Shown here one piece after another: positions 11,484 to 22,731 of a DNA stretch of 64,000 nucleotides. Within the stretch, counting starts at the first letter, position 1. Each line of letters starts with the position of its first letter. Origin of the DNA: Hyaloraphidium curvatum SAG 235-1 (lineage: Eukaryota > Fungi > Monoblepharomycota). The notes under the pieces are model-generated. The model saw only the letters and a list, made by a program, of their open reading frames with translations. It did not search any database and was not told the DNA's origin. The stretch spans positions 186,001 to 250,000 of the forward strand of contig JAIVFI010000041.1 of assembly GCA_025558095.1 (NCBI GenBank), written 5' to 3'. The translations under genes and the position numbers were made by a program.

Positions 11484-12754
11484 CTCGGCGGTGGAATCGG
11501 GATATGATGCCTCGAGTTGTCCTTTGTAGGGGACGTAGGGACCTTCGATGGCGTTGCACTGCGCGGTCCCTAGCTCGGATTGACTGTCTCCTTGCCAAAC
11601 ACGCTGCTTTGGAGCCTAGGTGGGAGGCCTCCTCAGTCTGAGGCATTTCGACCTCTTCTCCAGCGGGAAACGCAGTGGATTCGGTCTCGCGAATGTCCGC
11701 CTCGACCTCCAAAGCAGCTAACTGCCTCATCCGTGGACGAGTGTGCTGATCCACGCATGCTCATCCCATCGAAACATGGAATGGGAAATCATGCGCTGCT
11801 AGTTGCCTCGACCGGACCGCATGTAAGAAGCAATATGCAGGTGAGATGAGGCGAGAACCATCAAGAACGGTGCAGCTCTTGAGACCCAAAGGAATGGAGA
11901 TACGAGCTCGCATAGAAACGGCGTGCAGAAGTGCAGTCCAGTAATGCTAGGCGTTGACGGCCACGCGCATGATTGGGAGGCACGCGCGGTCACCACCGAA
12001 CCCCGCGAGCATCACCCTCCAGACGCGTTGCCCGCGGCAATCGCCTCAAAACTTTACTCTTGTCATGGCTTTGCAGAGATCTGGCGCGATTCTGCTCGGG
12101 CGGCTCCCCGGCGCGGCGCGTCCACTATACGAGCGGAGCGTGCCCCGCCAGGACACGTCGGCCACGGCCTTCCGGGCGTCCTGGGTGCCAACGGCGCCTG
12201 CAGGCTCGACCCGTGTTTACTTTCGGGGGAGCGAACGAGGACGTGCATGTCGGGTTGGCGTGGGCCCCTGCCAGGGGTGAGCGGCAGGCGCGGCTTCAGG
12301 ACGGGGAGAGGAGGAATGGCGGGCAAAGTATGCTTGCTCTGCGCGTGGACGCGATCTAGCGTCACTGGCTGCGGCGCAAGAGAGCCACTGGGCGTCGCTG
12401 GATTGCTCGGCTGTGCTTCATGTGCGGGGGGAAGGAAGTTCCGCCTTGGAATGTCTCCCTGCCTCCCCCTGCAGTCGGAAGACGCGTGTGTCGCGCCCTA
12501 CGCTACCCAGGTTCTCTATCTGTTTTCTCTTTGTCGGCGCGGCCCATGTCACGTGACTTGCCGCGCGCCGCGCGCCGCGCGGTGGTCGTGCAACCGCGGG
12601 TTGGTGGGACCGGGAACTTCGCGTCACCTCCCGGTTCAAAAGGCGGATCTCCCCCCCCCCCCCCGCGCAGCTCGTCACACCGCCCACCTCCGGCTCCGAA
12701 AGCTCGATCGCCGACGGCCAACCACCGCCTCCGCTCCGCTTCCGCGCCGCCAAG

Positions 12755-15700
12755 ATGAAGCGCTTCGCGCTCATTCTGACCCTGGGCCTTTTGGCCCTCT
12801 TCGCCGTCGCCCGCGCGGCGCCGGTTTCGGACGACGCCGTCGACGAGACCTCCAAGGATCGCCACGGGCTGTTTGCCCGCCTCGGCGGCTACTTCACCAA
12901 GACCGTGACCTCGAAATCGGTAAGCGCTGCCCGGGCCGCCGGCCTGTGCCGATCAAGCTGACCGCCCTGATCGCCAGATTTCGACAACCACCCGGACCAA
13001 GACCTCCGTCACCACCAAGACCAGGACCTCAACATCTGTTACGACCAAGACTTCCACCTCCAAGAGCACCAAGGTGGGAGGCTGTCGCGGAGTGCAGCTT
13101 CGAGGCTCGTTCTGACTTGGTGCCACCCCCGCTTCCCTGGCTCCTTGCCTCTGCCTCCTCCTCCCTCGTCCGTTGATCAGACCGTGACAAAGTCGACGAC
13201 GACCACCCGCGTTTCGACGAGCAAGGTCACAAAGGTAGGTCACGGCGGCGGCGACGCCCGCCTTGCGGACGGCCTTGTGATCTGATCTGATCGCGCCTGT
13301 CCTCCGCAGACATCGACGAGCAAGGGCACGACGACGCGCGTGTCCACGAGCAAGGAGACCAAGGTGTGTTTGCTCTGGGCCGCCTCGGAAACCATTGCTG
13401 ATTCGGTCGCCCTCCCAAGACTCGCTTCGTCACGGTGCCCGTGCCGACGACGCAGAAGGAGACCGAGACCAAGGTGTGTTTGCTCTGGGCCGCTTGGGAG
13501 ATCATTACTGATTCGGCCGCCCTCCCAAGACTCGGACCTCGTTCGTCACCGTTCCGACGACGCAGAAGGAGACCAAGGTGTGTTTGCTTTCGGCCGCCTT
13601 GGCGATTATTGCTGATTCGGTCGCCCTCCTTAGACTCGCACGAGCTTCGTCACCGTGCCAACGACTCAGAAGGAAACCAAGGTGGGGACTTTTCCGTGTC
13701 GTCCGCCTGGCCGGTCTTGACCTCGGAACTACGCCAGACCTCGTTCGTGACCCTGCCGACAACCATCATCAGCTCGCGCACCAGCTTCGTGACGCTGCAG
13801 ACCACGCAAAAGGAGACGAAGGTGAGCGCTTTTCAAGCTACTCCTCAGCTGCTCCTCGGCCGATCGTGCGCTGATCAATTGGCTCGACAGACTTCTTTCG
13901 TGACGATTCGGACCACCGACACCCTGGTTGTGCCGACCGTGAGTTCATTCTTCATCGGCGTGAACAATGGCTTGACTTGCTCGATCTGGCAGACGATCCT
14001 GGACCTGCAGACTACGACCCAGCTGCTGACGGACACCCTGCGCACGACCGAGACGCTCATTGTGCCGACCGTGCGTGATTGCGTTGCTCAGCTATGGCGC
14101 CGTTGACCCCCGGAGCCTGGCAGACGATCCTGGACCTGCAGACTACGACCCAGCTGCTGACGGACACCCTGCGCACGACCGAGACGCTCATTGTGCCGAC
14201 CGTGCGTGATTGCGTTGCTCAGCTATGGCGCCGTTGACCCCTGGATCCTGGCAGACGATCCTGGACCTGCAGACTACGACCCAGCTGCTGACGGACACCC
14301 TGCGCACGACCGAGACGCTCATTGTGCCGACCGTGCGTGATTGCGTTGCTCAGCTATGGCGCCGTTGACCCCTGGATCCTGGCAGACGATCCTGGACCTG
14401 CAGACTACGACCCAGCTGCTGACGGACACCCTGCGCACGACCGAGACGCTCATTGTGCCGACCGTGCGTGATTGCGTTGCTCAGCTATGGCGCCGTTGAC
14501 CCCCGGATCCTGGCAGACGATCCTGGACCCGCAGACCACGACCCAGCTGATCAGCACCACCGAAACTCTCGTCGTCTCCACCGTGAGCTGCTGCGGGTTG
14601 CTTGATCGGAGCCGCGCTGACCTGTCCCTCGCCGCAGACGCTTACGGACACCCTGCGGACGACCGAGACCCTCCTTGTGCCCACTGTGAGTGATTTGCGC
14701 CGGGCAGCCATGGCGCCTTTGACACCAGATGCTGCCAGACGATCCTGGACCCGCAGACCACGACCCAGCTGATAAGCACTACTCAAACTCTCATTGTCCC
14801 GACCGTGAGCTGCGGCGGCGTGCTCGATCGGGAGCCGCGCTGACCTGCCTTCTCGCCGCAGACGCTGACGGACACCCTGCGCACGACCGAGACGCTCCTT
14901 GTCCCGACCGTGAGCTGCGACGGCTTGCTCGATCGGGAGCCGCGCTGACCTGCCCCTCGCCGCAGACGCTGACGGACACCCTGCGCACGACCGAGACGCT
15001 CCTTGTCCCGACCGTGAGCTGCGACGGCTTGCTCGATCGGGAGCCGCGCTGACCTGCCCCTCGCCGCAGACGCTGACGGACACCCTGCGCACGACCGAGA
15101 CGCTCCTTGTGCCGACGGTGAGCTGGGGCGGCTTGCTTGATCGGGGCCCGCGCTGACATGCTTCTCGCCGCAGACGATTATCCAGCCTTCGACGGTTACA
15201 CTCACGGAGCTGGTGTCTACCACGGTTATCCAGGGATCGACCGCGACCGAGGTGGGCGGCGGCGGCGGGGCGTCGAAATCGAGCAAAGAATCTCACCCTC
15301 GTTCTCCATCGCAGACCGTGTCTACGACGCTCATCCAGCCCTCGACGATCACGCAGCTGGTGTCTACGACAGTTTTCCAGGGATCGACCGCGACCGAGGT
15401 GGGCCGCGCAGGCGTCGATGTCGAAATCGAGCAAAGAATCTCACCCTTGTTCTCTATCGCAGACCGTGTCTACCACGCTGATCCAGCCCTCGACGACCAC
15501 GACGACCCAGATTTCGACGAGCACGGAGCTTTGCACCTCGTCCACGACTACCACGCAGAGTACGACCACCGCAAGCACGACCACTTCCGCCACCTCGACC
15601 CCCACCTGCTCGTCCGACACGTCGTATGGGTGGATCCCTGGACAGACCTACTCGCCTTCGTCGGAGCCCCGCTGGTCACTGATCATCGGACCCATCGGAC

Positions 15701-16193
15701 CCGGTACGTACACCGCCAACCTGGCTGCCGGCGCGTCTAGCTTCAAGAATGGTGGCACCGGAGGGTGCTCCCAGCCGGGGACTGGCGGCGGATGCGGCGT
15801 CCCCTCCGGCAACGTCAACCTGCAGATCACCACGACGGGCATCTCGGCCTCGTTCACGATGTCTGGCGCCGCCACCGACGCCCACCTCTTCTACTCGTGC
15901 ACCAAGCCCACCGGAGGAGAGGCACCCGGATCTTTCAACGTCGTCGCGGACTACGGCGCCTGCGGCCTGCAGAGCTTTACCCTCAACAGCGGATCGGATT
16001 ACCCGACAACATGCACGGAGGTGCGCCACTCGCGGCGCGCGCTTTCGTTGGACTGCGGCTAATCCCGGCCTCCATATCCCAGGTCTTCGTGATGATTCAC
16101 ACGAGCGGCCCCGTTTCCACGACCGGCTGCCAGCCCGAAGGTTGCGTCCCGCTCCGCCTCCGTGGCCGCGGGTTCCCGCGCTGGCTCGCCTGA
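12755..16193 (+). CDS. secreted Thr-rich mucin/adhesin-like protein, 23 exons, ~705 aa
   Basis: Signal peptide MKRFALILTLGLLALFAVARA. Exons 12755-12919, 12978-13073, 13181-13234, 13310-13363, 13420-13473, 13530-13577, 13634-13681, 13738-13821, 13891-13938, 13993-14070, 14124-14201, 14255-14332, 14386-14463, 14517-14582, 14638-14685, 14739-14804, 14862-14909, 14966-15013, 15070-15117, 15174-15251, 15315-15398, 15463-16020, 16083-16193. All are flanked by GT..AG and are multiples of 3. Confidence 0.85.
13364..13681 (+). repeat. diverged tandem repeat, 3 intron+exon units (104-110 bp)
   Basis: Three introns GTGTGTTTGCT...CTGATTCGG..GCCCTCC..AG, each followed by a TR..FVTVP..TTQKETK exon. Confidence 0.85.
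13993..14516 (+). repeat. tandem repeat 4 x 131 bp (78-nt exon + 53-nt intron)
   Basis: ACGATCCTGGACCTGCAG... starts at 13993, 14124, 14255 and 14386. Copies are nearly identical, including the introns. Confidence 0.95.
14862..15173 (+). repeat. tandem repeat 3 x 104 bp (48-nt exon + 56-nt intron)
   Basis: ACGCTGACGGACACCCTGCGCACG... at 14862, 14966 and 15070, with GTGAGCTG...CTGAC...CTCGCCGCAG introns. Confidence 0.95.
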
Positions 16194-16526
16194 TTCGCCT
16201 GATTGGGGGGGGGGGGAAGACGCACGGATCAACATCGCTTAGCGCTCCGCGCAACACCATCACACCAACCATCTACGTCGATCTACGTCAGAATAGATAT
16301 CGCCATGTGCTTAATTTCTGTCTGTTCCCGGCCCGAGATCGGCTCTCGTCCGTCCGAGATTTCGGCGAGCCTCCGATCCGCGTTGTTCGTCAGCCGCGAT
16401 CGGCTGTTGGGAAACGTCTCCCCGTCCCATCGCCCGCCTGCATCGCCCTCTTCCAGACCGGAACAACCTTCCGCAACCGCCTCCGCCTCTGCTTTCCCAC
16501 GTCGGCCCCCCGCGCCGCCCTCCGCG

Positions 16527-17495
16527 ATGTCCGCCCCCGCGAAATCCTACTCCCTCTGGGACTCGTCCTTCAACTGGATATGGTGCCGTCCTCGCCCCAT
16601 CGCGCCGCCGGACGAAGGCCTGACTATCGGCGCAGGAAGCGGATGGGCCCGGACGTCGACCGCAAGCTCGCGCCCTGGAAGAAGCGCGTCTACGGGGACG
16701 TGGGTCGCCCGCGGCTACAGAACGCCCGGCGAAGGGAGGCTGACTGCCCCTCCCGTCCCGCTCCGCCTTTGCCGTCGGGGTTGCAGGTCACGGGCAACAT
16801 CCTGGAGATCGGCGCCGGCCACGGCGCCACTTTCGCCTACATGGACCCCTCCAAGATCTCGCATGTGACCGCCTTGGAGCCCAACGAGGCCATGCACGAG
16901 CTGCTCCGCGCCAACGCCGCCAAGGCCGGGTTCGAGGAGGGCAAGGGCAACCTCGCAGTCGTCTCGGAACCCGCGGAGGTCTCGGCGCCGCCGCCGGACG
17001 GCGCGCAGCACGCTGAGGGGGAGGCGGCGCGGTTCGACGCCGTCCTGTCGAGCCTCGTGCTTTGCACGGTGGCGGATCCGCCGGCGGTGCTGAGGAATGT
17101 CCACGCGTGGTTGAAGGACGGGGGCCAGTTCAGGTTTTTGGAGCACATGGGCGATGCCGCGGGGACGCGGAGGAGGTGGTGGCAGGAGAGCCTGACGCCG
17201 GTGGGTTCCTCCGTGTGCGGATTGGAGGCGTTCTTTCTGATTCGTTTGCGGGAAGGTTTGGAAGTACATCGGGCACGGGTGCCACCTGGATCGGGACCAC
17301 GCCGAGATGGTGCGGACGCTGGAGGAGGGCGGCAAGAGGCTGTTTGGGCGGGTGGAGCTGGAGGAGATCGACCCGCTGGAGGAGACCGTGGACGGCATGG
17401 TGGGTTGCCCGCGGCTAACTGGAGATCGAGGCTGACTTCAACGACCGAAGTGGATCGCGAGGCCGCTCATCTTCGGCACGGCGTGGAAGCAATGA
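16527..17495 (+). CDS. class I SAM-dependent methyltransferase (METTL7/Methyltransf_11-like), multi-exon
   Basis: ILEIGAGHGATFAY, TALEPN, FDAVLSSLVLCTV..P..VLRNVHAWLKDGGQFRFLEH, GCHLDRD. The last exon ends WIARPLIFGTAWKQ*. Confidence 0.85.
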
Positions 17496-18117
17496 AGATC
17501 AGCCTATGTTGGTGTGTAGATGATTAAGCAATCCATTATTAGTTTACTGCGCTCCACGGCTTCGAGGATGGAGCGGGTTTGGCGATGGCCGGACGCGGCT
17601 TGTAGGCGGGGGGGTGTCCAGTCATCGGTCCGCGCCGAACTCCACCACCGATTCGGCTCCCCCGTGGAGCCGACAGCTCCTCGGGCCACACGCTTCCACC
17701 GAGCTCCATAGCGAGTCCAACTGACCAAGCTGCTTCTTAGAGGAGCCGGCCAGTGCCTCTTGTCGGCACGTGAGTTCGCACTGGTTGTCCAAGGCCACTC
17801 CCCGGCCGCCCCCGGCCCGCGATGACACTTTTCTGAGGCTTGGGCGGCCGGACCGGGCTTTCGGCGGGAAGCCATGCCGCGGCCGAGTCTGACTGCGGAT
17901 CCACCTCCACAGCCTTCAAACGGCTTCGGACCCCGCCGATCGGACTTCTATTCTTACGGGCGAGCCATTGATTTCGATTTCAGGCGCCGGTTCCTGGGCG
18001 GCCTGTGCGCGGCGGCGTTGCACCCCAACCATGTTTTGCGGGCGGCCGAGCGTCCCCGGCTCCACCCGCCCGCATCATCTCTCGGGCCACGGGTGCCCGG
18101 GAGCGCGGAGCGAGAAA

Positions 18118-20109
18118 ATGGACAATCCACCGCCGTCGACGACGAGGGCGCGGTCGTCCTCCCTCGTCGGCAACTCGCTGGGGAAGCCGCCGCCGCCGCC
18201 GCCGCCGCCGCCGATAAGGACACCGCGGACGCCGGGCGGCGGGCCGCCCACGCCGACCGCCGGGCGCGCGCCGGGACAGCTGCCGCTGTGGGCACCCTTA
18301 TGGACCCCGGGCTGGGCGCTGAGGGCCTTTTCCGCGGCCGCGGGGGCGCTGCGGGGCGGCTGGCCGGGATGGCCCGCTCTGCCCGCGATGCCGTCGCTGC
18401 CGCACCGCCGCCGCCGCCTGCTTTCGGCCCGCACCGGCGTGCTGGTGTGTCTGCTGCTCGCCTTTGTTTTGCTGGCGTGGTTGGGCGAGCGGGCCCGCGA
18501 GGCACGCTGGCGCGGCGAGGTGGACCGCCGGGCCCACGAGTGGCGCGACTTCGTCAAGACCGTGCCGCCCTACACGTCGCACCTGTACCCGACAAAGCGC
18601 GGCATTGTCTACACCGCCTCCCGGGCCGACTTGCCGCTCTGCATCGTGTCGATCATCATGCTGCGGACCCTCGGCTGCGTGCTACCGATCGAGGTCGTGC
18701 ACTTCCGCGGCGAGGTCGGCGACCGCGAGCGCGGCTGGGTCTCGCGAATACCTGGCGGCAACGTGGTGCTGCGGGAAGTCGAGGGCATGGTTGGAGAGCT
18801 GGGAAAGCGCTACTGGGAGGGCGTGGGCCGCGCGAACGGTTCGGCGGCCGCCCCCGCTCCCGCGCCGGACGGGCCCATCTGGTTCCCGCACCTGCCCGTC
18901 AAGTGGGATCGCAATCCCCGGGGGACCAATCCTGGCCGCAATTACCAGCTCAAGGCCGCCGCCATCCTCTTTTCGTCTTTCGAAGACGTGCTCTACATGG
19001 ACTCGGACAACTTCCCCGTCATGGACCCCTCCTTCCTCTTTGAGCACGCCAGCTTCCGCGAGGGTACCGTCGAGCTCGATGCCGCGGGCGGCAAGCGGCA
19101 AAAGGCACCCGTCTCGGCCGTCTTTTGGCCCGATTACCGCCCGATCGACCGGGACAACGCCATCTTCCGCACCCTCGGGCTGCCGCGCACCTCGAGAGCG
19201 CGCGCGGAAAAGTCGCAGGAGGCCGGCCAGCTGCTCATATCCAAGCCGCGCTCCTGGAAGGCCCTCAACCTGGCCGTGTACATGGCCTCGGACTCGTCGC
19301 TGCCTATGCGGGGCGGCCGGCCGTACTACTACTACCTCCTGCACGGCGACAAGGACACCTTCCGGTTCGCCTGGCGCGCTACCGGCACGGGCTACTACAG
19401 CGTCGGCACCGAGGGCCGCGCGTACGTGCTCCCCGCGGGCGACCTCATCGACGAGGTCGAGCACGACCTCTTCGGCGGCCTCTTCTCCTCCCGCCGCCCC
19501 ACCTCGGGGCCCAACACCACCCTCATCGCCAGCGACGGCGCCGAGGTCCTCGTCCCCGAGCTCGCCCGCGGCTTCTGCGGGCACACGATGGTGCAGGCCC
19601 ACCCTTCCGCGCCCTCGATCCCGCTCTTTTTCCACACCAACGAGGTCAAGTACCACGTCACGGGCCCGCAGTCCTCTCTCGCCGCGCTCTCGGCGCGGCT
19701 GCACCCCTCGGGCCGGCGGTGGACGTTCTACCAGCGGTACGCGTACCGCGACCCCCGCACGGGCCTCGTATCCGCGCAGATTCCCCGCGAGCTGCTCGCG
19801 CGCACGCGGGACCGGGACACGCACTGGCTGCGCGGCCTGCCCGGGTGGTCCTGCCGCGCGCTGCAACCCGACCCCGAGGCCGGGTTGGAGGTGGAGACGG
19901 TCCGGGTGGACGACAAGGAAGGGGGGGTGAACGACGTCTGGCGAAAGGGGGTGCAGGGGATGCTCGAGGCTTGCGGGGGCGAGGAGGAGGTTGGGATTGT
20001 GGGGAGGGGGAAGGGGAGGAGGGAGAGGGAGGAGGAGGACAGGGGAGGGACGGGGATGCGGACGAGGAGGTGGGGGTGGAGCCGTTGGGTGCTGGGGGAC
20101 GGGGTGTGA
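18118..20109 (+). CDS. alpha-mannosyltransferase, GT71 (MNN2/MNN5-like)
   Basis: Type II TM anchor, then RGIVYTA, LRTLGCVLPIEV, NYQLKAAAILFSSFEDVLYMDSDN, AVFWPD, QEAGQLLISK, GDKDTFRFAW, FCGHTMVQ. Intronless. Confidence 0.9.
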   Translation: MDNPPPSTTRARSSSLVGNSLGKPPPPPPPPPIRTPRTPGGGPPTPTAGRAPGQLPLWAPLWTPGWALRAFSAAAGALRGGWPGWPALPAMPSLPHRRRRLLSARTGVLVCLLLAFVLLAWLGERAREARWRGEVDRRAHEWRDFVKTVPPYTSHLYPTKRGIVYTASRADLPLCIVSIIMLRTLGCVLPIEVVHFRGEVGDRERGWVSRIPGGNVVLREVEGMVGELGKRYWEGVGRANGSAAAPAPAPDGPIWFPHLPVKWDRNPRGTNPGRNYQLKAAAILFSSFEDVLYMDSDNFPVMDPSFLFEHASFREGTVELDAAGGKRQKAPVSAVFWPDYRPIDRDNAIFRTLGLPRTSRARAEKSQEAGQLLISKPRSWKALNLAVYMASDSSLPMRGGRPYYYYLLHGDKDTFRFAWRATGTGYYSVGTEGRAYVLPAGDLIDEVEHDLFGGLFSSRRPTSGPNTTLIASDGAEVLVPELARGFCGHTMVQAHPSAPSIPLFFHTNEVKYHVTGPQSSLAALSARLHPSGRRWTFYQRYAYRDPRTGLVSAQIPRELLARTRDRDTHWLRGLPGWSCRALQPDPEAGLEVETVRVDDKEGGVNDVWRKGVQGMLEACGGEEEVGIVGRGKGRREREEEDRGGTGMRTRRWGWSRWVLGDGV

Positions 20110-20335
20110 GCGCCGCTGGCGGTCGAGGGGCTTGGGCAAGGAAGCGGGAGGCGCTGGGCGCCGGAAGAGGCGGAAGGGCTGAGTGCAACGAAGGAAGAGA
20201 TAGACTCTGAGTCTTGGGATCCTTTCGCATTTTCCCGTCCGGCTCTATCGGGCAACTTTGGCGGCGCCGCGTCATCCGGGTGGCGAGCTGACCCCGGCTT
20301 GTAGTCCGCCCGGGGACCCGGAAGCCGTCGCGCTT

Positions 20336-20815
20336 CTATCCACCGCCGCCTGGGGGCTGCTCCTCCTTGCGCACGTCTGCGCTCAGGTCTGCGCCCGAGT
20401 CCGTCTTGGCCGCCTCCAGAAGCGGATGCCGCTGGCGGGCATCGGCACCCGCGCCCGACCGCCCCGCGCCCTCCTCGGACAAGAATTCGCCGTCGTCGAC
20501 GTCATCCCAATCGTCCTCGTCGCTGAGCGTGTCCGGGTCTGCCAGCGCAGGCACGCCGTGGAAGAACAGCCAGTTGCAGGCCTCGCAGAAAGTCGGGTTC
20601 GCGGGCGTGCCCGCCGGCGCATGGCCGCACGGCGGAGGTCCCGGATCTCGTCGGCCGTCCACCGGCGGCGGCACCGTGTCCGCAAACTGCGTCCGCCGAA
20701 TGTCCACGCCGTTCCGCACGGGCTGCAGCAGGGTCATGTTGGCGCGGTCGGCAAAGGTGAGCGCCGCCAGCCTCTGCGTGCTCGGCGGGGCTCCGGCGGG
20801 GTTGCGCCCGAGCAT
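20336..20815 (-). CDS. hypothetical protein
   Basis: 159-aa ORF with coding-like codon use, CGH...FCEAC motif and an acidic tract. No family recognised. Confidence 0.4.
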   Translation of the reverse strand: MLGRNPAGAPPSTQRLAALTFADRANMTLLQPVRNGVDIRRTQFADTVPPPVDGRRDPGPPPCGHAPAGTPANPTFCEACNWLFFHGVPALADPDTLSDEDDWDDVDDGEFLSEEGAGRSGAGADARQRHPLLEAAKTDSGADLSADVRKEEQPPGGGG

Positions 20816-21344
20816 TCAGTTCATATCGCGAGCCGCGGCCGTGCGTCTGCGGGAAGCTTCCCACTCATTGGCACGGGCTGAGTGCCGACAGCCACCGCAA
20901 CAATGGAGCCATTTGAAACTTCCGCCAGTCACAGTGCCACACAAGAGTCGGGCCATGGCGCCATATGACACGAAGATAGAAAGGGATCCATGGAACATTC
21001 CAACCGGCCCCGATTCGAGTGCGGGCGGATCCAGTTGGCCGGTTGAGCGGGGTTCTGCCGCTGCTCCGCCACGAGCGGCACAATTCTCCTGCCGCACAGG
21101 GTCCACCCACCCACCGAATCCTCTGGTTGCAGAACTCTATCTTCTTTCGGCCGGTTGAGGCTCTTTGGTCAAGAGGAAATGAAGGGAGCAATTCGAGCTG
21201 GGAGATGAGACATGATTCACCATTGCCCAACAATCTATCGACCAGCAGCAATCCAGAGATCAAAAAGAAGTAGGGTCAGTAGATCAGTTTGCCTCTGAAA
21301 AGAACAACAAGAAAAAGAGGAAGTCGGCAGGGTCCGAGTCAAAA

Positions 21345-22562
21345 TCACTCGTTCGACACGATGACCTTGAGGGCCTTGGATTCGGCGGCCTTGCCGAAGG
21401 TCTCGTAGGCCTTCTCGATGTCCGCGAGCTTGAACCGGTGCGTGATCACCCTCGATGCATCGACTTTGCCCGACTGCACGAGCTTCATCAGCATGGCCGT
21501 GGTTTCCGTGTCCTGTAGGGACGAGGGCGTTGTTGACATGGCCCGAAGCAGTTCGAATGACCCTGTCACTCACCACCAGGCGCGTCGTGATGGAGATGTT
21601 GGCGGCCCACAGCGTTTCGAGATGCAGATCAACCTTCTGGCCATGGACGCCGACGTTCGCGATTGTCCCGCCCGGCGCGACCATCTTCTGGCAGAGCTCG
21701 AAAGTGTAGGGGATGCCGACGGCTTCGATCACGGTGTCCGCCCCACGCCCGTCCGAAAGCTCCTTGATCATGGATTTGGCTTCGTCCGGCTTGGCAATCC
21801 AGTCGGCTCCCATGTTCTTTGCCACTTCGAGCCGGGACGCGTCCAGATCAACGGCCATGATCCCCGCAGGTGAGAAGAACCTGGCCGTCAAGATCGCCGC
21901 GAGTCCAACGGGCCCGGTGCCGACGACCGCCACCAGGCTGCCCGGCGAGACCTTGCCGTTGAGCACTCCGCATTCGTACCCGGTCGGAAGGATGTCGCTG
22001 AGCATCACGAGCGCCTCCTCGTCGGCCCCGTCGGGGATCCGGTACAGGCTCGTGTCGGCGTGCGGGATGCGGACCTTTTCCGCCTGCGTGCTGTCGATCC
22101 GATGCCCGAGAATCCAGCCCCCGCTTTCGCAGTGACTGTACATGCCTGGAGTTGTGAGATGTCACGAAGTTAGCACGCCGTGCACCGTGTCGGCACCGGC
22201 GCGGGGAGCCCACCCTTGCGGCAGTAGAAGCAGCGCCCGCAGCTCGAAATGCACGAGATGAGCACGCGGTCGCCGGGCTTGAACGAGGTCACGGCATCTC
22301 CGACGGCTTCGACGACGCCGGCACCTTCGTGTCCCAGCGTTCTTCGGAGCAGCGCGGAGCTGAATTCGCATTCGCGCCACGGCCGCGCTGTTTACCTTCC
22401 GAGCTCGCACGTCGCTACGTCGCCCTTGAGAATATGAAGGTCCGTGCCGCAGATGGTGGTCGTCGTAATCCGCACAATGGCGTCGGTTGGGGACACGAGC
22501 TTCGGCTCCGGGCGGTCTTCAAGCCGGGGCTCGCCGACGCTCTTGTAGACGAGGGCTTTCAT
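21345..22562 (-). CDS. zinc-dependent alcohol dehydrogenase (MDR family), 4 exons
   Basis: MKALVY..., [32 protein letters not shown]|[25 protein letters not shown]. Confidence 0.92.
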
Positions 22563-22731
22563 TGAGTGTGGTGGAGAAGGGGATGGGGAGTCGATTCAAT
22601 ATGAGTCACACTTTTGCCAACAAGCAATCCATCGACCAACAGCCACACAGAGTGGAAAAGAAGCAATAACTCTTCTCATTACGCTCTACTATATGCTGTA
22701 CAGAAGATCAGCTGACGAAGCTGGCCTGCGA

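Noticed and set aside
11500-12750. Lower-GC intergenic stretch, possible transposon relic (also 6300-6900 and 20900-21340)
   Set aside because: No transposase or RT motifs, terminal repeats or target-site duplications were recognisable.
13993-15173. Regularly spaced repeats resembling a CRISPR array
   Set aside because: There are no unique spacers. The units are exon+intron cassettes with GT..AG ends, and there are no cas genes.
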